Of a stretch of DNA of 64,000 bases, positions 60,692-64,000 are shown piece by piece. The translations under genes were made by a program, and so were the position numbers. Location: positions 12,524,001 to 12,588,000 of the forward strand of contig CM106585.1 in assembly GCA_048013815.1 (NCBI GenBank). Reading direction: 5' to 3'. The notes beneath the pieces are model-generated. The model was not told the DNA's origin. It was given only the letters and a program-made list of their open reading frames with translations, and made no database searches. Source of the DNA: Setoptus koraiensis. Taxonomy: Eukaryota; Animalia; Arthropoda. The first letter of the stretch is position 1. Every line of letters starts with the position of its first letter.

Positions 60692-63191
60692 CCTATCTTG
60701 AACTGCATTATCTCCGTTCATTGCGTAAGCTAATTCGGCCTCTTCGAAGCCTGTTGTTGCTGAAACACGTTGATCAATTTGTTGGTGTTGATCACCATTG
60801 GACGTATAGAGATTATTATTGTTGGTAGTATTGCTACTATTGTTGTTGTTGTTACTAGTTGTTGTAGTATTATTTAGTAACTGTTGCTTGTGATGGTGAT
60901 GGTTTTGTTGTGGTTGTTGTTGATGGTGGTGCTGGTGATGTTGTTGATGGTGGTGATGTTGATGGTGATGCGGTTGCTGTTGATCATGATGATTGACATT
61001 CAAATTTGAAGAGGAGTTTGCGTTGTGGGTGTGACTGAAAGGTGCACCGCTGGCGCCGCTGCCAGTTTGCCCCGAAATAACAGCACCTCCACCGGTAAAG
61101 GGTGATGAGGACGACGAAGAGGTGGAGGTGGTGGATGAGGATGAGGAGGACGACGACGATGACGACGATGCCGATGATGAGACAGCAGCTGACGATGGTG
61201 TTGATGATAGAGTTGTGAAATTGGTCATTGTTGCACATGTTGTTGCTGAGCCCCCATTGTGCTGTTGATGGTTGTTGCTGTGATTTTGTTGCTGGTGTTG
61301 TTGATGTTGTTGCTGTTGGTGGTGTTGCAATTGGTGGTGATGTTGGTGTTGGTGTTGCTGCTGCTGTGGTTGTTGTGGCTGGTGCTGGTGTTGTGGGTGA
61401 GATTGATCCTGGCTATTATTAATATTGGTTGTGGTGTTGACTTGAAGTGGTTGATTGTGTTGGTGTTGATGGTGTAGTTGGTGTTGTTGTTGATTACAAG
61501 ATGTTGTTGGAGCAGATTGTTGGGTTGATAACTGAGCTAGATGGCTAACATGATTACTATTATTATTATTAATAATATTATTATTATTGTTGCTAATAAG
61601 ATTAGCTGTTACATGATGATGATGATGATGCTGTTGTTGATGCTGGTGCTGCTGTTGTTGGTGCTGATGTTGCGCCTGCTGAGTTTGATGATGATGATGA
61701 TGAAGGTGATGAACAGCCGGTGTGGTTGGTGGTGCTGTGGTTGTTGCTGTTGATGATACCTGTTGATGAGTGACCGTGTCCTCCTCGTTTAATTCGTCCG
61801 ATAATAGCGCTTCATCTGTTGGATCTGGTGAATTCAAACAAGTTTGTATTAAAGCTTTTCCTGCCTCAGATTTAGTAATTGGTAAAAATTTTCCAGTTAC
61901 AAATGTGTATACGTGCCCCGTCTCTGAGGCAACTAATAATAACACTTGGGTTCCAGTTAGAGTGGCCAATTCTTTGGCCTGAGCGAATGCGCATCATATA
62001 AATCAATTTGCAATTTGATTTGTTGTTTCAATTTGTTTGTTGTTGTTGTTGTTGTGCATCATGTTGATTTGATTAGTTCCATGGCGGTGAGTGGTGGTGA
62101 CGGTGGCCAATCATCACGGTTGTCGGCAGGTAACGTTTAATAACAGAATAGATAAGTTTGAATGATTAAACCAAACGATCAACAAAGTGGGTGGTGGAGA
62201 ATAACTTATTAGATCAACCGGTGATTGCTAATGTTGCTAATATTAATTTTATTTAATAAGTTTTGATTTAGTCTAGGTCGAGTTCGTAACAAAAATTTGC
62301 TCACCGGCAGCAGCTAGGCAATGCGGCGCACAAATACAATGGGGGCTTGAATGCAATTATTAGGTCACACTCAAAGTGGCGGCACCCCTCACTGTTGTCG
62401 GCTGCTAGCAGCACAATCTCGTGGCCTAATCAGTGCAATTAATTGCACCAATCACCAGTTGCCTCGTCTAGATTCTGCCCCGTTCTTGACATTTGAATCT
62501 AGCGCGCATCGCCTTGATTCGTTTTGGTCTGCTCGGTTGTACAGCTTGCTGCACCACAAATATCTGGTGCGCGCAATATCTCGCCGATTTGATATTTCGA
62601 ACTTTTTGCGCCACCGACAATCGAACGATCGAACGATCGAACGATCGAACGATCGACCGTAGACATAGACAACTGAAATCATCGAGTGCGGTGTCAGATG
62701 GACATTGGCTGACATCATCGACAAGAGGTACTCACCTTTTTCATGATGCCAGTTTTTCTCTTGCTGAAGGTTGTGTAGCGCCTCAATTTGTTGTTGATGA
62801 ACTCCATTTTGATCCTCACTCGACCCTTGGTCTTCTTGCCGTTGGCTGGCATGTCTTTCTTCATTTCTTTGATTTGATTGTTCAACTGTTGCTGCTGATA
62901 CTGTTGCTGTTGATGATGGCTGTTGGTGCTGCTGTTGGTGTGTGGCGATTGTTCACTGTCTGAGGGCGACAAACAATGGCCGTGTAGAGACAATTGTAAA
63001 TCACTTAGGCTGGTTGTAGATATGGGCGAAGACGATTGACCATTGAAATTCAATGTGTTGTTGGCTGGACTTGTTGTTGGTGCGGTGGTCGCGGACGTGG
63101 TCGTTGATGCTGCTGCTGCTACTACTACTGATGGTGACGATAATGATGCTGTTGTCGTCGTTGATCTTGAATTGTTCGATCCGGCTTTCAT
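60692..63191 (-). CDS. SRF: Serum response factor (MADS box), first two coding exons (63191-62736, 61978-60692); 3' exons continue to the left
   Basis: KKTKGRVRIKMEFINNKLRRYTTFSKRKTGIMKK|AKELATLTGTQVLLLVASETGHVYTF...GKALIQTCLNSPD, and the later DQRVSATTGFEEAEL motif. Donor AGG|GTAAGT at 60691. Confidence 0.93.
62621..62656. repeat. Tandem 8-mer (TCGAACGA)x4 + TCGA in SRF intron 1
   Basis: TCGAACGATCGAACGATCGAACGATCGAACGATCGA. Confidence 0.9.
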
Positions 63192-64000
63192 ATTTGTATA
63201 CTAGCACATTGGCCAGGCCCCTATGAGATTCGTCGTCGTTGTCGTCGTCGTGTAACAGCAACAGCAGCAGCGCCGACAGCAACAATCTCTCGATAGTTTG
63301 GCGTGACTCACTCGCTAGAGAGGCTCAATACGAGGGGAACGTTGATCTAGCGAGTGTTTGATGCTGGGTGTCTGATGGTTTCGCGTATGTTATGCGTATA
63401 TCTGTCGCTGCTAGAATTTGTCGTCCAATGTGGCTGCCTACGTATGAGTGCAATGGTTATTGTTGGTGCAGAAATCTATTGATGAATGTTGTTCATTACT
63501 TGTGGTGTGGTATATTTGCTGCTGTTGTTGTTGTTGTTACTGCAAGCTAACTAGCAAACTGCTTGGCTCTACTTTAAGCGACTTATTTCGTTACTATTAT
63601 TATGGTGCAAGTGCGTCATGATCATCATCACATTGGCGCTGTGTGTGTCATTCAATTGGCTTGCCAATCTCCCAACAAGAGACCCTGCGTACGCATCTAT
63701 TCATATCACTAGTTTCTTCATAATGCTGCGATGTGGCTGGCGTTGCGACTCTATTGTAAGTGTTCGGTGTAAACTTTCTTCTTTGTGAGATGTTGTTCCA
63801 CTCTCAACGAAGAGGCTCAATAAGAAAGATTTTGTATGTGTGTGTTATATTATATTATAATGGGACACACTACTAGTAAACAACAAACATTCTCTATGGT
63901 TTGTGTGTGTGTTATGTAAGAATGTAGCTAGCTAGATGGCTGGCTAAACGTGCTGCTCCTGTTTTTGATGAAGATGATAGAGATGATGCATCACTGGCGA

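Overview
Gene-dense, intron-poor eukaryotic DNA with short GT-AG introns. It is most consistent with a compact arthropod genome, probably a mite (inference from protein families and architecture). Recognisable genes in order: HSP90B1 (3' part), PSMB1, ubiquilin, HCF-1, a decayed Shab/Kv2 channel, a CUE+DUF1771+Smr protein, HSF, tRNA-Leu(TAA), Mps1/TTK, ClpP, a small roh-like gene, a glucosylceramidase-family (GH30) gene, a truncated alanine aminotransferase, DJ-1, TAF10, ECHS1, GW182/TNRC6, a secreted Gly/Ser/Gln-repeat orphan, beta-tubulin, SARAF, a 4-exon secreted His/Lys-rich protein, pinin, eIF2B-beta, ALG13, RPL31, TFB2M, large Q/N-rich exons and SRF. The most striking region is about 21-33 kb. 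Here the 5' end of GW182 has been copied twice in inverted orientation and fused in frame to a TMEM242-like membrane protein, giving two intact chimeric ORFs with different junctions; one keeps the Argonaute-binding motif I. The resident GW182 stops right after its PAM2 block, and a cluster of MITEs (two with 8-bp target-site duplications) sits in the duplicated upstream region. Other highlights are a GH30 protein lacking both catalytic glutamates, a ~350-aa Q/H/N insertion splitting two conserved SRF motifs, and a pentapeptide-repeat linker in HCF-1. All calls are by eye from the sequence and ORF track; no database searches were run.
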